From contig JARGFP010000001.1 in the NCBI GenBank assembly GCA_029210585.1, forward strand, positions 144,050 to 208,049: 64,000 nt of DNA, given 5' to 3'. Under the pieces are notes generated by a model. That model did not search any database and was not told where the DNA came from. It was given only the letters and a program-made list of their open reading frames with translations. A program made the translations under genes and the position numbers. Positions 10,078 through 19,763 of the stretch are shown one piece after another. The number at the start of each line of letters is the position of its first letter. Position 1 is the stretch's first letter. Origin of the DNA: Bacteroidales bacterium (GTDB taxonomy: Bacteria > Bacteroidota > Bacteroidia > Bacteroidales > GCA-2748055).

Positions 10078-12168
10078 TTATTTCTCCAGCACCTTGAATT
10101 CTACCCGCCTGTTCATCTCGCGACCTTCGGGTGTGTCATTATCAGCAACGGGCTGGGAATCGGCATAACCTTTATATTCCAGTCGTCCTGGAGTAATACC
10201 TTTATTTACAATATAATTCACTACCGCTTTTGCCCTGGCTTCCGAAAGCCTGGTGTTGATGCGCAGTGATCCGGTATTGTCGGTATGACCTGATATTTCC
10301 AGTCTGACAGACTGGTTGTTCTCGAGGAACCGCACCACCTGGTCGAGTGCTTCGTAGGAATTGGGAGTCAGCACCGATTTACCGGTTTCGAAGTAGATAT
10401 TGTCCAGGACGACCTTGGTGCCCACCTCGATCTTTTGCAGGTAAAAGTTCCTCTCCGCCGGTTCATCGGGGTTCAGTCCGGACAGGTCCAGTATATCGAG
10501 GTAATAGAGGTATCCTGTTGCATTGATCTCCACCCCGTAGATGCCGGGTTCAGGGATCCTGGCCCTGTAGAATCCGTCGGTTCCCGTCATGGCCCTGGCG
10601 ATGACCTCACCCGTTCCGGGATTCAGGAAGCTAAGTCCTGCCATGATGGTTGTATCTGCTCCCATAATCGTATCCTTCACCTGTCCGGACAGGATCAGTG
10701 TGGTATCAACGCTGAGTATTTCCGGATAACTGAGGAAGGGTTCCTTCACCAGTAGATTCAGTCCGGCAACCAGGCTGTCGCGGGTGAGCGTCAGCACCTG
10801 CTTTTCCGAACCGAGGCTGATTACCTTGTAGATATCCCTGCCGCCCCATCCGCCTTCGCGTTGTGTTGCGTAAAACCCGTAAACACCTTCTTTATCTGTA
10901 ACATAGAAAACCTCATCATTGGGGGTATTTACCGGGTAACCAATGTTTTCCGGGGCCTCCCACCGGGCGTCCTCTCCCATCACAGATTTGAAGACATCAA
11001 AACCACCCATGGAATTATGTCCCTTAGAGGAAAAATACATGACCTGCCCGTCGTCGGTAAGGTACACTCCTTCCTCGTCATAAATGGTATTGATCAGTCC
11101 GCCGACATTTTCAGGATCGCTCCATTTCCCCTTTTCATTCTTACGTACCACGAGGATGTCCTTGCCTCCCGTGGTAAGTTCGGGGTTGGCAGAAACGTAA
11201 TAGAGTGTCTGTCCGTCGGGCGCCATGGCCACCGTCGTTTCCGTCGCATCGCTTTCAATTTTCTTTGAAAAGCGTTTTGGTTTCTTCCATTTGTCTTTTT
11301 CAGGTTTGTATTCTGCGGCCAGGATATTGCCTCCATCCTCCTCTCCGACATACATAAATATGGTATTGCCATCGGGAGTCAGCCCGACAATGGCATTGTT
11401 TCCCCTGGCTTTAAACGGCTTCCCGGGCGCATATGCCTCCAGGAATGTCTTCCCGTCCTCCACCGGGCTGATGTAGATGTTTTCGTAGAATTTGTTGTCG
11501 AATTCACTTCTGCCGGGCTTTTTGCCAAAGGGTCTTCTGCTGGTAAAGAAAAGCGCGGTATCGTCATACGCAAACCTCGGATTGTAATCGTCAAACGGGG
11601 AATTGACCGCTTCGCCCAGGTTTTGAATGATCACCCTCCGGGGATTGGCTGAAAGGTCTTTTCCATATTCGCATTCCATAATCAGCTTATCGATGCGGTT
11701 GGTTTCCTTAACGATATCCTCCCCGGGTACCAGGTCCTGCCTGTATTCCATATAATATTGCTTCGCCTTGTCGAATTTTTCCACCATCTGGTAGGCCCTT
11801 CCGATCATTAAACTGATGTCGTCGGTGATCTCCGGGTCTGCGTTATATGCAGCCAGGAAATAATCGATGGCCCTGAATGCGTCATCTCCGAGCAGATAGC
11901 ATACTCCGATCCTGTAATTTAGTCCCGGGTGTTCACTATTGTATTGATGGGCAAATAGATAGTGATCGCGTGCAATGTTGTAGGTTCCCGCGCCTTCTTC
12001 ATAATATTTATCGCCTTCCCGGATACTTTTCCATGCTTCCCTGAACCCTTCGGTCTGCTCTGTGTCTTTCCTGAAATCCTTTTTCCTGATTTCAACGGTC
12101 TCCTGGCCCCGCAAGCCTGTTACAAACAGCGAAATAAAAATGAGTAGACTGATGTTTCTACTAGTCAT
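10078..12168 (-). CDS. OmpA-family outer-membrane protein with TPR, TolB-like beta-propeller and carboxypeptidase-regulatory-like regions
   Basis: Signal peptide, then repeated 'P.fs.DG..lyF.S' WD40-like propeller blades. The C-terminal OmpA domain reads 'IYFETGKSVL...ISGHTDNTGS...N..LSEARAKAV..Y...NRRVEF'. Confidence 0.85.
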   Translation of the reverse strand: MTSRNISLLIFISLFVTGLRGQETVEIRKKDFRKDTEQTEGFREAWKSIREGDKYYEEGAGTYNIARDHYLFAHQYNSEHPGLNYRIGVCYLLGDDAFRAIDYFLAAYNADPEITDDISLMIGRAYQMVEKFDKAKQYYMEYRQDLVPGEDIVKETNRIDKLIMECEYGKDLSANPRRVIIQNLGEAVNSPFDDYNPRFAYDDTALFFTSRRPFGKKPGRSEFDNKFYENIYISPVEDGKTFLEAYAPGKPFKARGNNAIVGLTPDGNTIFMYVGEEDGGNILAAEYKPEKDKWKKPKRFSKKIESDATETTVAMAPDGQTLYYVSANPELTTGGKDILVVRKNEKGKWSDPENVGGLINTIYDEEGVYLTDDGQVMYFSSKGHNSMGGFDVFKSVMGEDARWEAPENIGYPVNTPNDEVFYVTDKEGVYGFYATQREGGWGGRDIYKVISLGSEKQVLTLTRDSLVAGLNLLVKEPFLSYPEILSVDTTLILSGQVKDTIMGADTTIMAGLSFLNPGTGEVIARAMTGTDGFYRARIPEPGIYGVEINATGYLYYLDILDLSGLNPDEPAERNFYLQKIEVGTKVVLDNIYFETGKSVLTPNSYEALDQVVRFLENNQSVRLEISGHTDNTGSLRINTRLSEARAKAVVNYIVNKGITPGRLEYKGYADSQPVADNDTPEGREMNRRVEFKVLEK

Positions 12169-12184
12169 GGTGCTATGTATTTTT

Positions 12185-13228
12185 TTATTTACATTCTTTT
12201 AAAAATTCCGAAGCCTGCTGTTGCCCCATCTCAAGGGCGGTGTTCCAGTCTTCGCACGCTCCCACCAGGTCGCCCTGCATTTCCCTGATCAATCCCCGGT
12301 TCAGGAACAGCACGCCGGTCTGCGGATGTTCAGCAATCACCTGGTTCAGCAGTTCCACAGCCTCTTCCAGTTTGTCCTGCCTGGCCAGTGTACTGGAGGC
12401 ATTCAGCTGTGCCTCATTGAATCCGGGCCTGTAATCCAGCGCAGTGTGGAAGTCGACCAGCGCCGAATCCAGTCCGCCAAGCTGAAACCTGGCAAAACCA
12501 CGGTTATTGTATGCCAGGTACAGGTCGGGCGCCTGTTCAATCGCCTGTGTGAAATCATCGATCGCTCCCTCGTAATCACCCAGTGTCATTTTTACCGCCC
12601 CCATATTGTTGTAGGCAAGGGGGAAATCGGGCTGGTAGTTCACTGCTGCCTTGTAATCGTAAAGGGCCCCGAGGTAGTCGCCCATGGTGCGCTTTATCCC
12701 GGCCCTGTCGTGGTATGCCAGGGCATAATCATCCTTCCTGTCGATGGCCCTGTTGAAATGCAGCAGGGCCTGGTCGTCATTTCCCTTCATCAGGTTGCTC
12801 AGACCCAGACAATAATATGCTTCGGCTGCCTCAAATCCCTTTTCCAGCGCTGTCCGTATGTATGTTTCTGCCATCCCGGAAGTGTCAGTGCCGAACATCA
12901 GGTACCCCAGGTAAAAATAGGCCTCCCCCAGTTCCAGGTCGAATTGGATGGCCTGTTCCAGGTCTGAAAAGGCACCTTCCATCATTCCCAGTGCAGCCTT
13001 CACCCTTCCGCGCTGGAGATAGGCCTGTGCAAACGTGGAATCCAGTGCCAGGCACTGGTCGAAAGCAGTGACCGCCCCGGTATAATCCATTGATTTTAAG
13101 TGCTCGATTCCAACATTGTAGCTGCGTTTCATCTGCCTTTGTTCCTTAACAGAAAGCTGTGCTTCGGCCGTGCCGGCCAGAAAAATAAACAACAGGATAA
13201 AGATCATTTTGCTTTTCATGCGGACCAA
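12185..13228 (-). CDS. TPR-repeat protein with signal peptide
   Basis: Signal peptide followed by more than 8 tandem TPR units ('A..Y.N.G......G.Y..A..DF..A'). Confidence 0.8.
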   Translation of the reverse strand: MVRMKSKMIFILLFIFLAGTAEAQLSVKEQRQMKRSYNVGIEHLKSMDYTGAVTAFDQCLALDSTFAQAYLQRGRVKAALGMMEGAFSDLEQAIQFDLELGEAYFYLGYLMFGTDTSGMAETYIRTALEKGFEAAEAYYCLGLSNLMKGNDDQALLHFNRAIDRKDDYALAYHDRAGIKRTMGDYLGALYDYKAAVNYQPDFPLAYNNMGAVKMTLGDYEGAIDDFTQAIEQAPDLYLAYNNRGFARFQLGGLDSALVDFHTALDYRPGFNEAQLNASSTLARQDKLEEAVELLNQVIAEHPQTGVLFLNRGLIREMQGDLVGACEDWNTALEMGQQQASEFLKECK

Positions 13229-13423
13229 AATTTCATTTTTTTTTATGCCAGGAGAAAATCATTAGTGCCTGCCTTCCGGACATCCTTTTGACCGGCAAGA
13301 AACAGGTGTTGTCTTTGTGTCAGACTAAAATATCCTCAAAATGGTTTCATTTCTAAAAATAAAAAAATAAATTTAGAGTTTGTTAGCTAGTTATCAACCA
13401 TAGAATTTTAAAGGGAACAGCCA

Positions 13424-13765
13424 ATGATCACCGATCTCTCTTACCTCCAGTCAATGTCTGGAAGTGATTCGAAATTTATCAGGGAAATGGTGGAAATCTT
13501 TCGTGAGCAAATTGGAGAATATTCTTCAGAAATGCCAAGGTTGCTCGCGGCCTCAGATTATGAAAACCTGTCGAAAATTGCCCACAAGGCAAAATCATCC
13601 CTGGCTGTCATGGGCATGCATGCCGAGGCAGATTTGCTCAAGGACCTGGAGATAAAAGCCCACGACAGCATTGAGACGCATTCGTACAAGGAGATGATTG
13701 ATCGCTTTATTGAAAGATCTGCGCTTGCATTGAATGAGCTGGATGAGTATCTATCAAACCACTAA
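13424..13765 (+). CDS. Hpt (histidine phosphotransfer) domain protein
   Basis: 113 aa. 'FIREMVEIF.EQ......M' and 'LSKIAHKAKSSLAVMGM', with the conserved His in the H-K-x-K-S context typical of Hpt. Confidence 0.7.
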   Translation: MITDLSYLQSMSGSDSKFIREMVEIFREQIGEYSSEMPRLLAASDYENLSKIAHKAKSSLAVMGMHAEADLLKDLEIKAHDSIETHSYKEMIDRFIERSALALNELDEYLSNH

Positions 13766-13769
13766 CCAT

Positions 13770-14108
13770 ATGATCACAGTTGAAGAAAACAACGGCATAC
13801 TCGTGGCAGCTTTTACCGAAGAAGACCGCTTCAATGCCCTCATCACTGAACCTGTGAAGGAAAAACTGCTTCCCTATTTCAGCAGACCCAACACGCGGCT
13901 CATCATCAATCTCGAAGGAATCAAATTCATCGACAGTTCCGGTTTCAGCGTTTTCCTCTCATTGATGAAAGCTGCAAACAATAACTACGGGCAGCTCAAA
14001 ATCTGCAATGTCCACCCGGAAGTCAAGGAACTGTTCAAGGTGCTGCAACTGCACAATGTTTTTGAGCTGTATGATGCACTCGATGAATGCCTGGAAAGTT
14101 TTCAATGA
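13770..14108 (+). CDS. STAS-domain protein (anti-sigma-factor-antagonist type)
   Basis: 'INLEGIKFIDSSGFSVFLSL' carries a DSSG phospho-serine motif at residues 55-58. I prefer the ATG at 13770, 4 nt after the Hpt stop, over the ORF-track start at 13734. Confidence 0.8.
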   Translation: MITVEENNGILVAAFTEEDRFNALITEPVKEKLLPYFSRPNTRLIINLEGIKFIDSSGFSVFLSLMKAANNNYGQLKICNVHPEVKELFKVLQLHNVFELYDALDECLESFQ

Positions 14109-14161
14109 TTTTTTGAAATTATCACCAATTTTCTGCCTATTTTTGGGCAAAATTCAAAACC

Positions 14162-14653
14162 ATGAAAAAAATTCTGACTGTTGCAGCGATCGCAACGCTG
14201 CTCATTGCATGTAACACTGAAAACAGGAATACTGACGTCCAGGACGTCCGGAAACTGGATATTGCAACGCTCGAAACATCTGCCGGTGAATTCGAAAACC
14301 AGACGATCCAGGTTTCCGGCATGGTGCTGCACGTATGCAAGCACGGTGGACAGAAAATGTTCCTTACCACCGACTCCACCGAAGCAAGCCTGCTGGTGCG
14401 CGTTGGGCCATCCATCCCTGAATTTGATGTATCGCTTGAAGGCAGCAATGTTGAGGTAACAGGCAAGCTGGTGGCCACGGTCGTGTCCAATACTGAGGAA
14501 GAACATGATGGCGAAGGAGACGCATCTGCTGCATCATCGGAACCTGCCGACTGCCCCACCGAAGAGGCGCTGAAAGCCGTTGGTGAAGGAGAGGAGTGTA
14601 CGACCTCCGTCACCTACCATATTGAGGCTACATCCTTTAAAGAAATCCTGTAA
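14162..14653 (+). CDS. Hypothetical lipoprotein
   Basis: Lipobox 'ATLLIAC' after a basic N-terminus, with an acidic low-complexity segment near the C-terminus. No family recognised. Confidence 0.65.
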   Translation: MKKILTVAAIATLLIACNTENRNTDVQDVRKLDIATLETSAGEFENQTIQVSGMVLHVCKHGGQKMFLTTDSTEASLLVRVGPSIPEFDVSLEGSNVEVTGKLVATVVSNTEEEHDGEGDASAASSEPADCPTEEALKAVGEGEECTTSVTYHIEATSFKEIL

Positions 14654-14684
14654 AATCTGCTCACCTGTTTTATTCTTTTTTTAA

Positions 14685-15251
14685 ATGAAGTGGCGTAAGT
14701 GGAACCGGTGGATCCACCGGGAGTTGGGTTATTTGTTTTTTGGAATGGCAATTGTCTACGCGGTATCGGGAATTGCCCTGAACCACCACATCGCAAGGCA
14801 CTGGAATCCTTCCCTGGTGGAAAGGGTTGAACAGGTACCCAACGTCTCCCCAGTCCCACGCGGGGAGGTCACCAAAGAGTATGTGATGCAAATCCTGGAG
14901 GCCACGGGGGAGATGGATAACTACAAGCAATATTATTTCCCCAACGACCTCTCCGTGATGATCTACCTCGACAAGGGGCATATCTCGGTGAATCTCGAAA
15001 CGGGAGAGACCAACCTGGTAAAAATCCGCAACCGAAAGGTTTTCAGGGAAATGAACTTCCTGCACTACAACAAACCCAAGCAGTTGTGGACCTATTTCGC
15101 GGATTTGTTCGGACTTTCCATGGTAATCCTGGCCATCACCGGTCTCTTCATGGTGAGGGGGAAAAAGGGAATCCGGGGACAGGGGGCAGTGCTGCTGGCC
15201 ATCGGGATCCTCGTCCCGCTGGTTTTCCTGCTGATCTATCTGTGGTCCTGA
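14685..15251 (+). CDS. PepSY-associated transmembrane-helix protein
   Basis: 'KWNRWIHRELGYLFFGMAIVYAVSGIALNH' N-terminal TM and 'REMNFLH', with a second TM pair at the C-terminus. Confidence 0.75.
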   Translation: MKWRKWNRWIHRELGYLFFGMAIVYAVSGIALNHHIARHWNPSLVERVEQVPNVSPVPRGEVTKEYVMQILEATGEMDNYKQYYFPNDLSVMIYLDKGHISVNLETGETNLVKIRNRKVFREMNFLHYNKPKQLWTYFADLFGLSMVILAITGLFMVRGKKGIRGQGAVLLAIGILVPLVFLLIYLWS

Positions 15252-15342
15252 CGTGCGTATACGGGTGCAACCCTTTTGTTGTATAAATTTATTATCTTCG
15301 GTGGATCAGTCTTCTTAAGGTGCTTCACAAAGTACACTACAA

Positions 15343-18300
15343 ATGAGTGAAACGATACTCAAGGCACTGATGCAGCTGTTTGCCATCATCGCCCGGCCCG
15401 AAAGCCCGATCGAAGAGCGGCGGGCAATCGTTGCATCTTTTTTGATCCGGCAACTCAACAAGGAGCTTGCCGAGGAATTCCTGGTGATCTATGATGATTT
15501 TGTTGCCAGGTTCGCCGAAGAGGACGAAAAAAAATCGCGAAATGCAAGCCGTGTGCTTGCCAGGAGATCGGTCAGGGTATTGAAGATCTGTACGACCATC
15601 AATGAAGAACTGACGCAACAACAGAAGGTGGTATTCCTGATCCAGCTCCTGGAATTCATCAAATCAGATGCTGAAGCCGCAGCCCGCGAAATGGAATTCA
15701 TCAACACGGTTTCCGACACATTCAATATCGACAAGCAGGAATATGAAGCCATCCGTGAGTTTGTGATGAATGACGGGCAGCTTGCACCGTCACCCCACTT
15801 CCTGTTCATCGACAACACAGAAAAGGGACAGGATCTCCCCGCTGCCGCGAAGCACATCAGGAGAAAGAATATGTCGGGACAGGTCAGGGTACTGCACATT
15901 CTTTCCACGAACCTGTATTTTGTCAAGTATATCGGGCAGGCCGAAATCTATATCAATGGTCACCTGCTGGAACAATTCAAGACCTATCCGCTCAACACCG
16001 GGTCATCTATCCGAAACCAGCAGGTCGTTCCCATCTATTACAGCGATATAGTCAGTTCATTTGTCGGAGACCGTGTGAAATCACGCATCGTTTTCCAGGC
16101 AGACCACATCACGTACAGATTTCCCAACGGCACCGAAGGGCTGCACGACATCAGCTTCACCGAAACATCCGGAAGACTGGTGGGCATCATGGGGGCAAGT
16201 GGCGCAGGAAAATCCACGCTGCTGAATGTGCTGAACGGTTCCAGCGAACCCACCAACGGCAGGGTACTGATCAATGACATCGATATCAACAGCGACGATC
16301 CGGCGATGGAGGGGATCATTGGTTTTGTATCACAGGACGACCTCCTGATCGAGGAGCTTTCGGTTTACCAGAATCTTTATTTCAATGCCAGGCTCTGTTT
16401 CGACAATTATTCGGAAGATGCGCTGAAAAACACTGTCAATACGGTTCTCAGGAACCTCGGACTTTTCGAGATCCGCGATATCCAGGTCGGATCGCCCCTG
16501 AACAAAAAGATCAGTGGCGGTCAGCGAAAAAGGCTGAACATTGCCCTTGAACTGATCCGGGAGCCCGCGGTGCTTTTCCTCGACGAACCCACATCGGGAC
16601 TTTCGAGCCGGGACTCGGAAAACATCCTTGATCTGCTGAAGGAATTGTCGCTGAAGGGAAAACTGGTATTCGTGGTGATCCACCAACCCTCTTCGGATAT
16701 TTTCAAGATGTTCGACCGCCTGCTGATCCTCGATACAGGGGGGTACCTTATATATAATGGTAATCCCATCGATTCCATCCAGTATTTCAAGACCAGGGTA
16801 CAGCATGCCGACTGGAACGAGAGCGAATGTCCAGAGTGCGGTAATGTAAATCCTGAACAGGTCTTCAACATCGTGGAAACCAGTGTACTCGATGAATACG
16901 GAAAGATCACCCATACCAGGAAAATATCACCCATCCAGTGGAGTGACTATTTCAGGGAGGAGTACAGGGAAGCTGACCAGCCCAGCGCTACCCGGGAGGA
17001 CCTCCCGGAAATCTCCTTCAAGACACCATCCGCGTTCAGGCAATTTGTTGTCTTTCTGAAACGCGATATCCTGAAGAAAATAAGCGATACACAATACCTG
17101 GTGGTCAATTTACTGGAAGCCCCTGTGCTGGCATTTTTGCTCGCTTTCATCGTTAAATACTACAGCGTGAGTGTCACCAATACATTCGACTACACGCTGG
17201 CCGACAACAGCAACCTCCCGGTGTATATTTTCATGTCAGTGATCGTCGCTGTTTTCATGGGATTGTCGGTGAGTGCCGAAGAGATCATCAAGGACAGAAA
17301 GATCCTCAAGCGCGAAGCATTTCTTCACCTCAGCTGGTCGGGATACCTGCTCTCGAAAGTTGCAGTTCAGCTGATGCTATCCGCGATCCAGGCTGCCGCT
17401 TTCGTATTGATCGGCAACAGCATCATGGAGATCAGGGGGATGTATCTTGAATACTGGATCGTGCTCTTTTCGGCGTGGGCGGCAGCAAATATCATGGGAC
17501 TGCTGATCTCAGACAGCTTTAAAACCGTGGTGACCATTTATATCCTGATTCCATTCCTGGTCATCCCGCAGATCATCCTGAGCGGTATCATCGTCAAGTT
17601 CGAAAACCTGAATCCCAGAATCTCCGCACCCGACCGGGTTCCCATCTACGGGGAGGTTATTACTGCACGGTGGGCCTACGAAGCGCTGGCCACCTACCAG
17701 TTCAAGGAAAACGATTACCAGGAACACTTTTACCTGGCCGAAAAGAAAAAAAGCGTTGCAGGCTTTATGTCGAACTACCTGCTCAAAAACCTGGAAAACA
17801 AGCTGAATGTTATTGCCGACAAGTACCAGGACCCTGCAGAGGCGGAGCTGGTGAAAAGTCATCTTTCGCTCATCCGGAATGAGTTGCAGAAGGAATACAA
17901 CGACCGCCTGGTGTTCGCAGGGTACACCGAAGCGGTCCCGAGGTGGAAGATGAAAAATATTGAACAGCTGGTACCCGGGAAACTGAATGATTCAATCCTG
18001 AATCACACCATGGAATATGTACAAGCCCTGACGGATGCCTACACGGAGATTTACCGGCTGGCATTCAGGGAAAGCAATGATATCAAGCAGGAGTTTGAGC
18101 TGGAGAAACTGCAGGAACTAAAACGCAACCATCACAATACCAGCCTGGAAGAATTGGTCACCAACAAGAATGAGTTTGAGAAGATCGTTGAATACAATGG
18201 CAAACTCATCCAGAAAACAGATCCGATTTATAATGATCCGCGGTCGAAATTCATCAAGGCACATTTCTATGCGCCGCGAAAGATGGTATTTGGATCTTTC

Positions 18301-18441
18301 ATTCCTACGATCTGGGTGAATGTGATCGTGATCTGGATAATGACCTTTATGCTTTACGCCTTACTGTATTACCGGGTGTTGAAAAAGTTCCTCGACTTCT
18401 TCGAAAACTTTTCGTGGAAAAAGAAAGCCACCCCAGGATAA
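15343..18441 (+). CDS. ABCG/ABC-2-type fused ATPase-permease with TerB-like N-terminal domain
   Basis: Walker A 'GASGAGKST', signature 'ISGGQRKRLNIALEL' and Walker B 'VLFLDEPTSGLS', followed by a multi-TM ABC-2 permease region. About 270 aa precede the NBD; the first ~150 aa are helical and TerB-like. Confidence 0.9.
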   Translation: MSETILKALMQLFAIIARPESPIEERRAIVASFLIRQLNKELAEEFLVIYDDFVARFAEEDEKKSRNASRVLARRSVRVLKICTTINEELTQQQKVVFLIQLLEFIKSDAEAAAREMEFINTVSDTFNIDKQEYEAIREFVMNDGQLAPSPHFLFIDNTEKGQDLPAAAKHIRRKNMSGQVRVLHILSTNLYFVKYIGQAEIYINGHLLEQFKTYPLNTGSSIRNQQVVPIYYSDIVSSFVGDRVKSRIVFQADHITYRFPNGTEGLHDISFTETSGRLVGIMGASGAGKSTLLNVLNGSSEPTNGRVLINDIDINSDDPAMEGIIGFVSQDDLLIEELSVYQNLYFNARLCFDNYSEDALKNTVNTVLRNLGLFEIRDIQVGSPLNKKISGGQRKRLNIALELIREPAVLFLDEPTSGLSSRDSENILDLLKELSLKGKLVFVVIHQPSSDIFKMFDRLLILDTGGYLIYNGNPIDSIQYFKTRVQHADWNESECPECGNVNPEQVFNIVETSVLDEYGKITHTRKISPIQWSDYFREEYREADQPSATREDLPEISFKTPSAFRQFVVFLKRDILKKISDTQYLVVNLLEAPVLAFLLAFIVKYYSVSVTNTFDYTLADNSNLPVYIFMSVIVAVFMGLSVSAEEIIKDRKILKREAFLHLSWSGYLLSKVAVQLMLSAIQAAAFVLIGNSIMEIRGMYLEYWIVLFSAWAAANIMGLLISDSFKTVVTIYILIPFLVIPQIILSGIIVKFENLNPRISAPDRVPIYGEVITARWAYEALATYQFKENDYQEHFYLAEKKKSVAGFMSNYLLKNLENKLNVIADKYQDPAEAELVKSHLSLIRNELQKEYNDRLVFAGYTEAVPRWKMKNIEQLVPGKLNDSILNHTMEYVQALTDAYTEIYRLAFRESNDIKQEFELEKLQELKRNHHNTSLEELVTNKNEFEKIVEYNGKLIQKTDPIYNDPRSKFIKAHFYAPRKMVFGSFIPTIWVNVIVIWIMTFMLYALLYYRVLKKFLDFFENFSWKKKATPG

Positions 18442-18477
18442 GTGAGATGGCTTCGCTAATTCTGTTTGATCCGTGTG

Positions 18478-18858
18478 CTATTCCACGATCTCGATCATTT
18501 TAAAGGGAACCCTGATAATTGATTCATAGTCTTCACCGGCTTCCAGCATGTCTTCATCATCTTCTTCGTAGTGCCAGTTGATGATCACCTCATTCTTGCC
18601 CTTGTGGATAGCTTCCAGTTTCTTGAATACGTCAAGAATACACTTGGATGAGCTGGTATTAAAGTATTCCAGCTGAACATTCACCTGCGTCAGACCAAGA
18701 GGAGTTGCACTGTATTCATCCAACCAGTCAACAAGGGGTTTGTAAAATTCAATTGAATTTTCCGGTATCGAGCGCCCCTTGATCTCAATCACACCATCCT
18801 TTGCATCAAACTTAACGGTTGGCGTTTTTGCAGTTCCTTCAATCAACAATGGTTCCAT
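18478..18858 (-). CDS. DUF1987 / SiaC-like regulatory phosphoprotein
   Basis: 'IEGTAKTPTVKFDAKDGVIEIKGRSIPENSIEFYKPLVDWL' is the typical DUF1987 N-terminus. 'EYFNTSSSK' places Thr68 at the reported SiaC phosphosite (recalled from memory). Confidence 0.8.
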   Translation of the reverse strand: MEPLLIEGTAKTPTVKFDAKDGVIEIKGRSIPENSIEFYKPLVDWLDEYSATPLGLTQVNVQLEYFNTSSSKCILDVFKKLEAIHKGKNEVIINWHYEEDDEDMLEAGEDYESIIRVPFKMIEIVE

Positions 18859-18889
18859 AGTATGTATTTTAAATATTTGCTATCAGTTT

Positions 18890-19441
18890 TTAATAATCAA
18901 TGTATACATCAAGGTTGAAAAAGGCATAATCGGCATTGTACTCGTGGAAGCTATAATCCAGCTGGTTCCCGGTCTTCCTGGCAATATCAACCAGTCCGAG
19001 ACCACCTCCGCCCTTCTTTGAAAGTCGTTGATGATTCAGGATAAATTTGTACATATCCTTCAGTTCCTCGGCATTCATCGAATTGATCTTGTCGATTTTA
19101 CCTTTCAGTTGCGGAACTTTTTCCGACTCAATAAAATTACCTGTCGAGATCCTGTACCGGGACTCTTCGCGTGAAACCACAAGAATTCCAAATTTTTCAT
19201 CGAATCCTTTCCTGGTTTCCGGAGGCAATATGTCGATGTGGTGGTAGAGGTTCTGCAGACTTTCAACGAGCACATTGTATACCTTTTTCCGGATCCTGGA
19301 GGTTTCACTGTAATCGTCCATCCGAGCCTCAATGACTTCGAGCACGTTACTGATCAGCTCACTTGTAACGTTGCCTTTATAGGCAATCAGTACATCGTCA
19401 CTGTTTAGGTTAGAGTAATACTCGTTTACATCAAAGCTCAT
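18890..19441 (-). CDS. SiaB-like small GHKL-type protein kinase
   Basis: 183 aa with a 'KKGGGGLGLVDIARK' ATP-lid/G-box. It lies immediately upstream of the DUF1987 gene with a 31-nt gap, the canonical SiaB-SiaC arrangement. Confidence 0.7.
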   Translation of the reverse strand: MSFDVNEYYSNLNSDDVLIAYKGNVTSELISNVLEVIEARMDDYSETSRIRKKVYNVLVESLQNLYHHIDILPPETRKGFDEKFGILVVSREESRYRISTGNFIESEKVPQLKGKIDKINSMNAEELKDMYKFILNHQRLSKKGGGGLGLVDIARKTGNQLDYSFHEYNADYAFFNLDVYIDY

Positions 19442-19763
19442 TGAAGCTTTTTTTGTTTACAGGTAATGAAATGTTTTTCTCTCGCTCAGCAAATATAAAA
19501 AAAATAATTGCTTCACAAAACAGTATAATAGTGGCCTGGTACCACAGCTATTCCTGTTAATCTGAATTAAATATAAGTAAAATTACATGTCCTGCATAAA
19601 TAATACATACAATTTCACATTTTTTTTCAGCGAACAAGTGAATATTGGGGATGAAATCCCGATCGGCACCCTGCGATCTTACATCAATACATCGTATATG
19701 TAACCAAAATAAATCTGCAGGGACATGATCAATCTTTGGTCATTGAAAAGCGAACCTCCTGCT

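Noticed and set aside
12221-12967. 248-aa ORF antisense to the TPR gene
   Set aside because: Shadow ORF. The opposite strand has a clear TPR repeat structure and a signal peptide.
15850-16150. FHA domain call for the beta-rich module of the ABC transporter
   Set aside because: The canonical FHA residues (G-R ... S-x-x-H ... N-G) are not identifiable by eye, so it stays an unassigned module.
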